Below are positions 19,085 through 27,634 of a DNA stretch of 64,000 bases, piece by piece. Numbering within the stretch: position 1 is the stretch's first letter; every line of letters begins with the position of its first letter. A model generated the notes under the pieces. The model saw only the letters and a list, made by a program, of their open reading frames with translations, ran no database searches and was not told the origin of the DNA. The DNA is taken from IMG/VR virus record IMGVR_UViG_3300020365_000001. One strand, given 5' to 3'. Source of the DNA: a virus (lineage: Duplodnaviria > Caudoviricetes). The position numbers and the translations under genes are program-made.

Positions 19085-20065
19085 ATGAAACCAACGCTAC
19101 TAATAAATCCTGGCACTGGGTGGTCGGCAACCACGCCCATGTTTTACACCCTTGCGTTGGATAATAAGTACGCTCATCAGGGACATTATAAAGAAAATTG
19201 GTTTCTGGTGAAACTACAGAAGAATGATGACTCTTTCAATGAGGTTTTCAAGAAAGCAAACTCTCCTGCATTGAAGGGATCAAAGGGCAAGCGCCCACAT
19301 GACCATCCTTGGGGTAAAATTCTATCATCTCGCAACGAAATTGCCAAGGATACCCCGATGGACATCTTTTTTCGGGAAAAAATCAAAATCGATGACTACA
19401 TTGAGTACTATTTGACGCACTGGGACAATATAAAACACGATTACGCTGCTGTCTGTGACTTTTGCAACGGAAATTGGGGTTTAGATTACGGATTTTTGAA
19501 GATGATCGCTCCAAAACTGCTTGATCACTTTGAAATCAAGGTCATGATGGAATTTCGCGACCCAGTAAGGCGTTTTTATTCGGAAATTGGCAGTCTTTTC
19601 ACCAAAACTCTTGATTTTGGGTCAAAAGATCACCACGATTTCAAAGTCAAGTCGCTAATTCGGCGAAAAAAGCAGACAAAGACGTTTTTTTACCATCTTT
19701 CTCAAGGTTGGTACTCAAATAATTCTAATTTTCGGGAAGGTTATGCCAAATACGTCGATGTTTTTGGTAAAGAGAACGTTTATACTGTTATAATGGAAGA
19801 TTTTTGGGATAAAAAACAAGAAAAAAACCAATTACAACAAATTTCTGACTTCTTGTCATATAAAGTTGAGAAAATTCATGAAAATGCCTACGTTCCCTTC
19901 ATGGGAAAGAACGCTCCACAGTATGAATTCCTCAAAGATCAGTGGTCAAGTGACATTGAAGAGTTGACTGACGAGGAATATCGGAGGGCAGTTCACATTA
20001 TGTCTAGATATTATACCGATTTTGAAAATACCTTCGGGTATATACCAAGTTCATGGAAGAAATAA
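19085..20065 (+). CDS. Sulfotransferase-family protein (paralogue)
   Basis: 326 aa; GTGWSATT, RDPVRRFYS; shares HWDNIKxDYxAVxDF and HxNAYVP...DQWxSD with 18002-18895. Confidence 0.75.
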   Translation: MKPTLLINPGTGWSATTPMFYTLALDNKYAHQGHYKENWFLVKLQKNDDSFNEVFKKANSPALKGSKGKRPHDHPWGKILSSRNEIAKDTPMDIFFREKIKIDDYIEYYLTHWDNIKHDYAAVCDFCNGNWGLDYGFLKMIAPKLLDHFEIKVMMEFRDPVRRFYSEIGSLFTKTLDFGSKDHHDFKVKSLIRRKKQTKTFFYHLSQGWYSNNSNFREGYAKYVDVFGKENVYTVIMEDFWDKKQEKNQLQQISDFLSYKVEKIHENAYVPFMGKNAPQYEFLKDQWSSDIEELTDEEYRRAVHIMSRYYTDFENTFGYIPSSWKK

Positions 20066-20119
20066 TCGCGTACCAAACGACTTTGATGTCATTGCTGATG
20101 TTTAGGAAGCTCGTATCAG

Positions 20120-20126
20120 ATAAATA
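20120..20126 (+). promoter_or_regulatory. Late promoter ATAAATA
   Basis: ~50 nt upstream of the first SGNH gene. Confidence 0.55.
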
Positions 20127-20175
20127 CCAGAGGGCATGGAAAATCATGCTCACAATACCATCGCACGAAGCATAG

Positions 20176-20994
20176 ATGAAACTCCTTACGTTTGGATCTT
20201 CTTGGACCCAAGGAACAGGGGCTAGTTACACTGATGGTATGACCTTGGCAGAGTATAAGTCCGCAATTTGCATTGCAGGCGAAACTACTTACGACAAGGA
20301 TCGAAATAACCCCCTAACCTGGAAGAACCTTCTTGCTGAGAAGAATGGGTGGGAACTGACTACACATGCTCGTGTTGGTAGTAGCAACATGAGAAACTTC
20401 CGTAAGATGACGGAAGTTCTTGATGGTACTGATGCTGCTGAGACCATTGTTTTGGTCGGTATTCCTCATCTTGCCCGTCATGAACTCTTTATGAACGATG
20501 ACTCAGTAGGATTCAATGCCTCTGGCAAAGGATATGTTGGTGTGCTGTATGCCAACGGATATGGTAACAACGCTAATATCTTCAAGACCAAAGATTTTGA
20601 CATGTTCCAGTATGTCAAGAATCACTATAACGAACAGAACGAAACCGAGCAACTGCAATATAACATTGCTCACTGGAATCGTTATCTGAATAACCTTGGA
20701 TACAAGGTCTTCTGGTATGATGAACTCAACCAGATCAAGTATACAACGGTACCCGACAACTATCTGTTCACTGAAAAGGACGATCGTTCTCTGATGACCA
20801 TGCTTGCTGTAGATGCAGGTTGGACTCCTGAAGAAGATAATGATCACTCTGGTCAGTCCATGCATCAAGATTGTAAGCGGGCAAAGTATCTGGTAGAGAA
20901 GAAGGCAGTCAACCCTCACGCTATTCTGCCTACCGCAGCATCTCAAGCAAAGATCGCAGATTGGATGGACGCTGCAATCAAAGCAAAACTCTAA
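20176..20994 (+). CDS. SGNH/GDSL-like protein 1
   Basis: TFGSSWTQG, GSSN; C-terminal block reads ILPT (no His). Confidence 0.7.
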   Translation: MKLLTFGSSWTQGTGASYTDGMTLAEYKSAICIAGETTYDKDRNNPLTWKNLLAEKNGWELTTHARVGSSNMRNFRKMTEVLDGTDAAETIVLVGIPHLARHELFMNDDSVGFNASGKGYVGVLYANGYGNNANIFKTKDFDMFQYVKNHYNEQNETEQLQYNIAHWNRYLNNLGYKVFWYDELNQIKYTTVPDNYLFTEKDDRSLMTMLAVDAGWTPEEDNDHSGQSMHQDCKRAKYLVEKKAVNPHAILPTAASQAKIADWMDAAIKAKL

Positions 20995-21011
20995 ATTGAT
21001 CTGACTTTGTT

Positions 21012-21803
21012 ATGAAAAAATTAGTTACCTTTGGTTGCTCATGGACCTTCGGGACGGGTTCTGCCTTTGAGAACGGCATGACCAAGATGGAGTACAGGAA
21101 CATCTCTGCGGATAAGGAACTATGCCGTCAGAATGCTTTCCGTACAATCCTTGCTGAGCACTACCAATATAAGAACGTCAATTATTCTGTCCAGGGTTCG
21201 TCAAACCAGAGACAGTTTCGTCATGCCAGAAAATATTTTGCTACGAATGAACTAGCAGAAGATAAAGTAATTGTGTTGTGGTTTATCACCTCCACAGCAC
21301 GCCATGAGGTCTATTGTACGAATCGTTGGGGGAAAGAGGGCAACGCAGGGTATAGTAACGTGCTGTACGGCAACGGAGGCACCGCTCATGAGCACATGAT
21401 GAGAAAGTGCAACTTTGATTCAAAGCAATACGTCAAAGATCATTATAACCACGAAGAGCAGGTGAGACGACTGAGATTTGAAATGCTCCATTGGAATCGA
21501 TACTTTGAAGGTCGTGGTATTGAGAACTATTGGATCGATACATTCAATCATCATGACTATGGAGCAGAGATTCCTCGGTTGTTATTCGATAAGGAACCTC
21601 AAAGGGATGTACTCTATCAAATGCTAAATGCTAGGGGAATCTCTATACAAAATGATTCCTATCATATCTCACAATACACTAGAGATTCTAAAAGGATCGA
21701 TACTGCTGTCCGATTAGGTCTTGTCAATCCATATTCTTATCATCCGACCAAAGCGGGTCATTATCTGATTGCAGAACTCATCAATCGGCAAATTGCATTA
21801 TGA
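21012..21803 (+). CDS. SGNH/GDSL-like protein 2
   Basis: TFGCSWTFG, GSSN, SYHPTKAGH. Confidence 0.8.
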   Translation: MKKLVTFGCSWTFGTGSAFENGMTKMEYRNISADKELCRQNAFRTILAEHYQYKNVNYSVQGSSNQRQFRHARKYFATNELAEDKVIVLWFITSTARHEVYCTNRWGKEGNAGYSNVLYGNGGTAHEHMMRKCNFDSKQYVKDHYNHEEQVRRLRFEMLHWNRYFEGRGIENYWIDTFNHHDYGAEIPRLLFDKEPQRDVLYQMLNARGISIQNDSYHISQYTRDSKRIDTAVRLGLVNPYSYHPTKAGHYLIAELINRQIAL

Positions 21804-22516
21804 TTCTAGTTACATTAGGAGATAGTTGGGTACGAGGTCGTTATCCACTCAAACAAAAGAATTGGATGAGAATTCTTGGTGAGCATTATAATTTCAAGTG
21901 TAACGACTTATCAGAAAAGGGTGCGTCAAACTGGAATCAATTTCGTAAGGCAACCCAGTACTTCAATCAGAACATCGATCCAAAAGAAGTCATCGTCCTA
22001 TGGGGTATCAATACTCTATACTCAGATGAGATCTACATGAATGGTAGGAATGCTTACACTCAAATGCGATTCTCTGCTCATACAATGAATCCTAGAGCAG
22101 ATCGTAAGTTCCGGCATAATAACTATGATTATTCAATCACCAGGCACTATGAAGATCATTTTGATATTGATATCATAGAAGAAAGGACTAGAGACAATAT
22201 CCGATTGTGGCAAAAGTATTTTGACATGTCTGGTATCCGTAATCTGTGGTATGATATCCATAACGAAACCAATACCATCACTGCTAATAAAGTTGTATTC
22301 CCCCATCAAGGAATGCAAGACTTAGTATCACAAACCATTGCATCTAGAAAAGTTTATGAGCAAGATCGACATCATTTCGCTACTGGTTACGTCGATTGTG
22401 ACCGTATTGGTGATTTACAGTTAGGTGGTCTAGTTGATGATGCACTCCTCCCAACACAGGATGGTCATAACGAAATCGCTATACTATTTGAAAAAGCACT
22501 GAAAGATATCTTATGA
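21800..22516 (+). CDS. SGNH/GDSL-like protein 3
   Basis: TLGDSWVRG, GASN; C-terminal LLPTQDGH. Confidence 0.72.
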   Translation: MILVTLGDSWVRGRYPLKQKNWMRILGEHYNFKCNDLSEKGASNWNQFRKATQYFNQNIDPKEVIVLWGINTLYSDEIYMNGRNAYTQMRFSAHTMNPRADRKFRHNNYDYSITRHYEDHFDIDIIEERTRDNIRLWQKYFDMSGIRNLWYDIHNETNTITANKVVFPHQGMQDLVSQTIASRKVYEQDRHHFATGYVDCDRIGDLQLGGLVDDALLPTQDGHNEIAILFEKALKDIL

Positions 22517-23295
22517 CAACATTAGTCACGATTGGTTGCTCATGGGTCAAAGGTGTTGGTGCAGCATATTCCTGCAAGAACCCAGATGATAAAGACACCT
22601 ATCAGAGTTATCGAGGCATAACGCCCCATAATGCCCCCTATGCCTGGCGAACACTTTTAGCAAAGAAGTATAACTTAGAACAACATAACCTCGCAAAAGG
22701 TGGTTCTGCTAATAAAACACAGTTCCGTCTTGCAACAGAATACTTCAATACAGTAGAAAATCCAGAAGACATTATCGTCCTATGGGGTATCACATCTATC
22801 CATAGAGACGAACTCTTCTTCAATAATATCGATAAGTATAGAGCATTCATTTTCAATCGCCATACTAAACGTCAAGAACCGTGGGAGAGAAGATCCAGGT
22901 TCAACGTCATCAATCACTTTGAAAGACACTTCAATGAAAAGAATGAATACTACCAACTTGCAGAAAATATCAAACATTGGCAGAAGTACTTTGACCTGAG
23001 GGGCATCCGCCATAAATGGTTCGATACTCTAAACCCCACAAACACCATCCATAAGAACGCCATAGTATTCCCACATGAGGGGATGCCCGACCTGATGTCC
23101 CAAATGACCGCAGAGGTTTCCGGTGAACCATGTCATGGAGATCAAATGCACTTCTCTAATTGGCTCGTAGACTCTTCAAGAATACAAAAACTCCTAGACC
23201 ATAACGTAGTCAACCCACACTCTCTCCACCCCTCTCAAGAAGGTTCTATAGTTATCGCCAACCTCCTTGACCAACATGTAGCATCTATGCTATAA
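22513..23295 (+). CDS. SGNH/GDSL-like protein 4
   Basis: TIGCSWVKG, GSAN, SLHPSQEG. Confidence 0.78.
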   Translation: MTTLVTIGCSWVKGVGAAYSCKNPDDKDTYQSYRGITPHNAPYAWRTLLAKKYNLEQHNLAKGGSANKTQFRLATEYFNTVENPEDIIVLWGITSIHRDELFFNNIDKYRAFIFNRHTKRQEPWERRSRFNVINHFERHFNEKNEYYQLAENIKHWQKYFDLRGIRHKWFDTLNPTNTIHKNAIVFPHEGMPDLMSQMTAEVSGEPCHGDQMHFSNWLVDSSRIQKLLDHNVVNPHSLHPSQEGSIVIANLLDQHVASML

Positions 23296-23317
23296 TCTTA
23301 TCACATCACTGATTGCC

Positions 23318-23548
23318 ATGTCTGAAACCACAGAGAGTAAATATAGTCCTGCACACTATCAACAAGGTAATATTCAAGTATGGGACTTCATCGCTGATCA
23401 GAACTTAGACTTCTTCTGTGGTAATGTCGTAAAGTACATCTGTCGGGCAGGTCATAAACCTCATGAATCCCAAATGGATGACCTCCGTAAAGCACAAGTG
23501 TATATTGAAAAAGCAATATTACTTGCATCTCAGTCCAGAAATCGCTAG
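23318..23548 (+). CDS. DUF3310 family protein (T7 gp1.7 nucleotide kinase-like)
   Basis: PAHY...GNVVKYICRAGHK...DLRKA pattern. Confidence 0.85.
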   Translation: MSETTESKYSPAHYQQGNIQVWDFIADQNLDFFCGNVVKYICRAGHKPHESQMDDLRKAQVYIEKAILLASQSRNR

Positions 23549-23587
23549 ACTAAGATCTAAATACTTTGATCAACTGCTGTTCTCCCC

Positions 23588-23857
23588 ATGAAGAAATGTG
23601 AGAAATGTGGTGCTACCTGGATGGAGGGTCAACTCTATTGGCAAGGTACTGGCAAACCTGGTAAAGATATAGACCTCGCTGGTCTTGTCTGCAATAACAT
23701 CAGACAAGATGACCCTGACTCCGATAAATGTATCAACCCTTCCCGTGGTCAACTCGGAGGAGATACTTGGGATTACCGTCGTGGTTTCGTAGATGGTGCT
23801 CTCTCAACACTCAAAAAAGAAAAAGAAGATCTTCGTGATCGCTTCGGTGACTTATGA
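23588..23857 (+). CDS. Hypothetical protein with CxxC
   Basis: 89 aa; CEKCGATW...DLAGLVCN...CINP; TAAATA at 23558-23563. Confidence 0.75.
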   Translation: MKKCEKCGATWMEGQLYWQGTGKPGKDIDLAGLVCNNIRQDDPDSDKCINPSRGQLGGDTWDYRRGFVDGALSTLKKEKEDLRDRFGDL

Positions 23858-24021
23858 AATATATCATTGAATACCAGGATCAATTCTTCAAGTGGCATCG
23901 CTATGGCGAGTCCCATAACGTGACATCTGCTTCCAATACCGCAAAAATCCGTTCCGTACAGTCCGGTAAGAAGTTCAGAGTCACTCAAAACGCCCAACTC
24001 ATAGAAATCTTCTACCCTTGA
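23854..24021 (+). CDS. Hypothetical protein (55 aa)
   Basis: Not in track; MKYIIEYQDQFFKWHRY...IEIFYP; ATGA overlap. Confidence 0.7.
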   Translation: MKYIIEYQDQFFKWHRYGESHNVTSASNTAKIRSVQSGKKFRVTQNAQLIEIFYP

Positions 24022-24045
24022 TATGACTGGATAGTTGAACACTTC

Positions 24046-24077
24046 TCCCCCCTCGAAAGGTACGGGGGGATTTTTTT
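24046..24077 (+). terminator. Rho-independent terminator
   Basis: TCCCCCC...GGGGGGA stem followed by T7. Confidence 0.8.
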
Positions 24078-24363
24078 ATGGGCAAAATTTTTCTAAGGGC
24101 ACTTTTAGGGGTGGGAAAAAAATTTTGATATTGATATCTTTCGTGCTCTGGGAAACGTTTGTAGGTTAGAAAGAAGGTACTTTTTTGCAACGGGCTCCGC
24201 CCGCCACAACAATAAGGGGCAAATAACTGTCCCTAAGTGTTACTAACTGTTCACGGAGTTTGTGTTAGATAGGGGGCACGATTGTTGGCAGTTGGTGTGA
24301 GGAACTGTGTGCCCCTTATCTATCACTGAGTGCTGTGTGATTCCCCCTGTGTTCGTTACAACG

Positions 24364-24422
24364 AGTATAAGCGATTTTCACGGGGTCTGTGTGACTGTTT
24401 GTGCCACTTTGTAGACCGTCAC
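24364..24422 (-). promoter_or_regulatory. Early-type promoter (palindrome plus TATACT) with no credible downstream ORF
   Basis: gtgcca-N10-cgtcac 24401-24422; agtata 24364-24369; same spacing as the other early promoters. Confidence 0.6.
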
Positions 24423-24459
24423 TAACACTAACTGTTTCGCAAGTGTGTGAACTTTGGGG

Positions 24460-24488
24460 TTGTAATCTGTGTGGAACTGTGATAGAAT
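24460..24488 (+). promoter_or_regulatory. Sigma70-like promoter
   Basis: TTGTAA-N17-TAGAAT with extended TG. Confidence 0.6.
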
Positions 24489-24494
24489 GGGAGA

Positions 24495-24630
24495 AAAAAG
24501 TGTGAGGGTCTGAGTGTTACTTAGTGGGTCTCATAGTGTTTCACGGTGTCTCATAGTGCGACCGCTAAGGTAACAACAACCACGAGGATAATGGACGACT
24601 AAGTAACACTCACGATCCTTATACGAAAAA
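24495..24630 (+). ncRNA. Candidate structured non-coding RNA
   Basis: 24500-24525 pairs with 24598-24624 (15 perfect bp plus 11 bp with 3 G-U pairs), directly downstream of the sigma70-like promoter. Confidence 0.5.
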
Positions 24631-24673
24631 GACATATATTTATTCACACATTTTTATTATCATTCAATTTTAG

Positions 24674-24713
24674 AAATATACCCCATTGAAGTGCATCAAC
24701 GGGGTGCATATTT
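24674..24713 (-). terminator. Hairpin, probable terminator of the early operon
   Basis: Minus strand ACCCCGUUGA-UGCACU-UCAAUGGGGU then AUAUUU. Confidence 0.45.
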
Positions 24714-24807
24714 AGTAGACTTTTATACACCTTCATTGTTAGCAAACTATTAGTTTTACCAATGGTTTTGTGTACCTTAGTTGATGCTAACTGATGGTGT
24801 GCGCGTT

Positions 24808-24990
24808 TCATACATTCTCCAACAATTTGATCACGTTACTATCTAGATTCTCTTGAAGATTATTTTCTTCGAGTACATCTAGGAAATGTGGTTCATGATA
24901 GTTTGACTGATCATATTGGAAGTCATTTTCATACTCATCCCATGCATCGTTGATGTTAGTTTGTGCGTTGAAATCGTTCATGATAATCAA
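24808..24990 (-). CDS. Hypothetical early protein
   Basis: 60-aa acidic ORF in operon context. Confidence 0.6.
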   Translation of the reverse strand: MIIMNDFNAQTNINDAWDEYENDFQYDQSNYHEPHFLDVLEENNLQENLDSNVIKLLENV

Positions 24991-25202
24991 TAGCGAGAGG
25001 GGATACGATTGAGGTCGATAGATGATACACAGAACCCAGCAGATTCTGTGATTTGATCAACTACTTCATCCTCATCTTCTGCGAAATAAACTGTTGCTAA
25101 TGTGGCATTGATTATGCCTTGTTGAAATTGCACTGGCAACTCAAAATCACCATCTACAAAATCAAACTGAATGGAGTCAACAACGTAGCGATTTTGTGTC
25201 AT
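24987..25202 (-). CDS. Hypothetical early protein
   Basis: 71 aa; IQFDF...DQITESAGFCV. Confidence 0.7.
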   Translation of the reverse strand: MTQNRYVVDSIQFDFVDGDFELPVQFQQGIINATLATVYFAEDEDEVVDQITESAGFCVSSIDLNRIPSRY

Positions 25203-25336
25203 GAATCAGAAGAAAGTTGGTTGTCTAGTTTTGTTTGAATAGAGTCAAATAACTCCATTTCATCATCAGTGAAGTCAGAGAACATTTGCTCCATACAATA
25301 ATAGATTAGAGCACGTTCTTCGTTGGTGATATACAT
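25199..25336 (-). CDS. Hypothetical early protein (45 aa)
   Basis: Not in track; MYITNEERALIYYCMEQMF...; ATGA overlap. Confidence 0.6.
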   Translation of the reverse strand: MYITNEERALIYYCMEQMFSDFTDDEMELFDSIQTKLDNQLSSDS

Positions 25337-25344
25337 TTGAATGA

Positions 25345-25692
25345 TCAGGCGAAAGTATAACCAGTGCGGAAAAGATTGTTTTGGAATACATCTTCGCCGT
25401 TGATTGTGCCAACAAACTGTCTCACATACCAGGTGAAATCTTTCTGGAATACACCTTCACCTGCCATGCAGAATTCTTCACAGATAGCATTGAGGCGAGA
25501 TTTTGTGGTGTTAGTTTGCCATCCACCATCGAAGATTTCTACGTCATTATCAGAAACAATGGCGATAAGATTGTCATGCAGATAAACAGTAGTGGTGCCG
25601 TATTCTGCATTGAAGTGAACACTAGTGTTGCCAGATTTCCAAGTTTCGTTGTTCTTGATGGCGGCACACATTTGCTTTTCGATCTTACGCAT
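25345..25692 (-). CDS. Conserved cyanophage early hypothetical protein
   Basis: Start at MRKIEKQM with AGGAG upstream; DGGWQTNTTKSRLNA. Confidence 0.8.
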   Translation of the reverse strand: MRKIEKQMCAAIKNNETWKSGNTSVHFNAEYGTTTVYLHDNLIAIVSDNDVEIFDGGWQTNTTKSRLNAICEEFCMAGEGVFQKDFTWYVRQFVGTINGEDVFQNNLFRTGYTFA

Positions 25693-25697
25693 GGTGG

Positions 25698-25782
25698 TGA
25701 ACTCCTGTGTTTGTTTGTTGTACCAACAATAATCGATTTTGGACCCTAAATCATTTCCATGTGCCACTTTTATAGGTGACCA
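25698..25782 (-). promoter_or_regulatory. Early promoter/leader cassette
   Basis: gtgcca at 25761, TATTGT at 25726-25731; 42 bp nearly identical to 27283-27324. Confidence 0.7.
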
Positions 25783-25894
25783 CTAATTCCTCCAAACGAG
25801 CAATTTTCTGTTCTAGATTCTCTATCGAGCGTTCTAGATTCTTGATGTGATCAACTATAGAAAGTTGATCATATAACGGATCATTTCTGTTCAT
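25751..25894 (-). CDS. Hypothetical coiled-coil protein (47 aa)
   Basis: Not in track; MNRNDPLYDQLSIVDHIKNLERSIENLEQKIARLEE. Confidence 0.55.
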   Translation of the reverse strand: MNRNDPLYDQLSIVDHIKNLERSIENLEQKIARLEELVVTYKSGTWK

Positions 25895-26084
25895 TTTGCT
25901 CCAACAAATGTGGATAGTATTCTTTCACTTCTTCGATCAATTCATCGACCGAATAACTATCATAACTGTTGCTCATGTTGTCATAAAGAATTGCCATCAT
26001 AGTTTTGATGTCCATGTCGTCCAAAATTTGGTTGATCATGTCATCTTGTAGTTGATCCCGATCGATGATATTATCCTTATTCAT
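25881..26084 (-). CDS. Hypothetical early protein
   Basis: 67 aa; ILDDMD...EVKEYYPHLL. Confidence 0.75.
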   Translation of the reverse strand: MNKDNIIDRDQLQDDMINQILDDMDIKTMMAILYDNMSNSYDSYSVDELIEEVKEYYPHLLEQNEQK

Positions 26085-26278
26085 TCTGCTGCCTCGTCAT
26101 AGATTTCATAGAACATATTCCATGCTTTTAGATCACTCACAAAAGAACTAATTTCTGCTTGATCACTAACCCAATCATATGCCATATCAATGTCGGCATT
26201 ATTATCAAGAATGAAAGATTGCAATCCTTCGAGTGCATCCAAGAATTTTGGATTGTTGTAAACAGCAGCAATAGACAT
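26081..26278 (-). CDS. Hypothetical early protein
   Basis: 65 aa; ATGA overlap. Confidence 0.7.
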   Translation of the reverse strand: MSIAAVYNNPKFLDALEGLQSFILDNNADIDMAYDWVSDQAEISSFVSDLKAWNMFYEIYDEAAE

Positions 26279-26311
26279 GATGTTAGATAAGAAAAGAACA
26301 GTTAGTGATAA

Positions 26312-26578
26312 TCAGCAGAAACAAGGCATATACTCAGCGCGAGGCATTTTGTCGGTGTTGAAGTGTGTAACTGTTGCACCCTTAGCAATTCTTGCTTGCC
26401 AATCATATTTTGCTTCAATACCTAAAACAACGCTATAAGATTTCTGACCAGTAGCACGGAAATGAACGCGACGGATGAAACGTTTCACCACAACTTTCAT
26501 ACCTTTGTTCTCATCTGCCTCAGCAATAAATGCTTCGGGAAAGTAATCAACAATGGTGGCAGAATTGGTCACTTGCAT
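26312..26578 (-). CDS. Hypothetical early protein
   Basis: 88 aa; own TTGACA-N17-TAATTT promoter at 26609-26637. Confidence 0.75.
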   Translation of the reverse strand: MQVTNSATIVDYFPEAFIAEADENKGMKVVVKRFIRRVHFRATGQKSYSVVLGIEAKYDWQARIAKGATVTHFNTDKMPRAEYMPCFC

Positions 26579-26652
26579 GAATTGAACTCCGTTGCTTTTG
26601 ACTCTTCTAAATTACAGGAGACGCAGGATGCTGTCAAGTATCAAATGATACA

Positions 26653-26820
26653 TCAAAAGACATTGGTCCATTTGTGATGCTTTGCTTCAGTGATATTTCC
26701 CTCCGCTAACAAGTTATCGCAAACATTGCAGAAAACTTGAAACTTTTCTACTTTGCTCAATGCTTTACCATCAGCACATTCTTTGATGGTTTGGATGATA
26801 ATTGCTTTTGAAGTAATCAT
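26653..26820 (-). CDS. Hypothetical early protein (55 aa)
   Basis: Not in track; MITSKAIII...FCNVCDNLLAEGNIT...WTNVF. Confidence 0.7.
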   Translation of the reverse strand: MITSKAIIIQTIKECADGKALSKVEKFQVFCNVCDNLLAEGNITEAKHHKWTNVF

Positions 26821-26858
26821 GATTTTGTGAAAAGAATTGGGTGGGAGTTAGTGTTAGT

Positions 26859-27074
26859 TTACCAGAAACATCCTTGGTGACGAGCATCAAGCATGTCAAC
26901 ATATTTCTGCCAAAGTATTTCAATTTCACCCACAGTTTCAGACAATTTCAGCAGATATTCGTCATCAGGATTCTCTACTTTCGCATAAGCATCAAGCGCC
27001 TGACCATAATACTTTCGAGCATTGATTAGGTCCGTTGCATAATCATTACCGGTGACACGTTGAAGAGTAAACAT
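26859..27074 (-). CDS. Hypothetical early protein
   Basis: 71 aa in operon context. Confidence 0.65.
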   Translation of the reverse strand: MFTLQRVTGNDYATDLINARKYYGQALDAYAKVENPDDEYLLKLSETVGEIEILWQKYVDMLDARHQGCFW

Positions 27075-27107
27075 GATGAAAAAAGAGTGATGGTTGACTG
27101 TAAAGAA

Positions 27108-27278
27108 TTAGCAGGAAACTTCCATCCATTCAATATCATTACGAGCAACAATCATTGTTTTTCCATGCTCTTCAACACTCCAAGTGTAAGCAACATCTAC
27201 GGCATGATGTTCGCTGGTGAAATACTCAGCATCGAATTGTTCGCCCTTAGGGTACACTGACCAAGAAACAAATGCCAT
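27108..27278 (-). CDS. Hypothetical early protein (56 aa)
   Basis: Start at MAFVSW with AGGAG upstream. Confidence 0.7.
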   Translation of the reverse strand: MAFVSWSVYPKGEQFDAEYFTSEHHAVDVAYTWSVEEHGKTMIVARNDIEWMEVSC

Positions 27279-27282
27279 TGAT

Positions 27283-27367
27283 TGAACTCCTGTGTTTGTT
27301 TGTTGTACCAACAATAACCGATTTCAGATGCTGTGCACGTTTATTATGCCACTAAAACATCTGGCAC
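27283..27367 (-). promoter_or_regulatory. Early promoter/leader cassette
   Basis: atgcca-N10-tggcac 27346-27367; TATTGT 27311-27316. Confidence 0.75.
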
Positions 27368-27571
27368 ATCGGTATCATCGAAATCAGCAACATCTTCGGG
27401 CATAGGCATATCATCAATGCCAGGATCATACCAGTCTGATGCATACATAATCGCATCTTTCATCTGCTCTAATTCATCCTTACGTTGCTGCATTTTGTCG
27501 ATCTGTTTATCAATCAATGCAAGGCGAATCATCACAGTGTCGAGATCCATTCCATCGTAAGTTTCGGTCAT
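27344..27571 (-). CDS. Hypothetical early protein
   Basis: Likely start MTETYDG; coiled coil plus acidic tail. Confidence 0.6.
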   Translation of the reverse strand: MTETYDGMDLDTVMIRLALIDKQIDKMQQRKDELEQMKDAIMYASDWYDPGIDDMPMPEDVADFDDTDVPDVLVA

Positions 27572-27634
27572 AATTGTTTTACCTTTGAGTGCGTGAAAAC
27601 GTGGTTGTTTTTGAATAATAGACATAAACTTTCC

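Noticed and set aside
23999-24190. 63-aa minus-strand ORF
   Set aside because: It crosses a terminator and low-complexity tracts, has a TTG start and no RBS.
24495-24630. Retron msr-msd or tRNA
   Set aside because: No reverse transcriptase in the window and no cloverleaf or T-loop signature.
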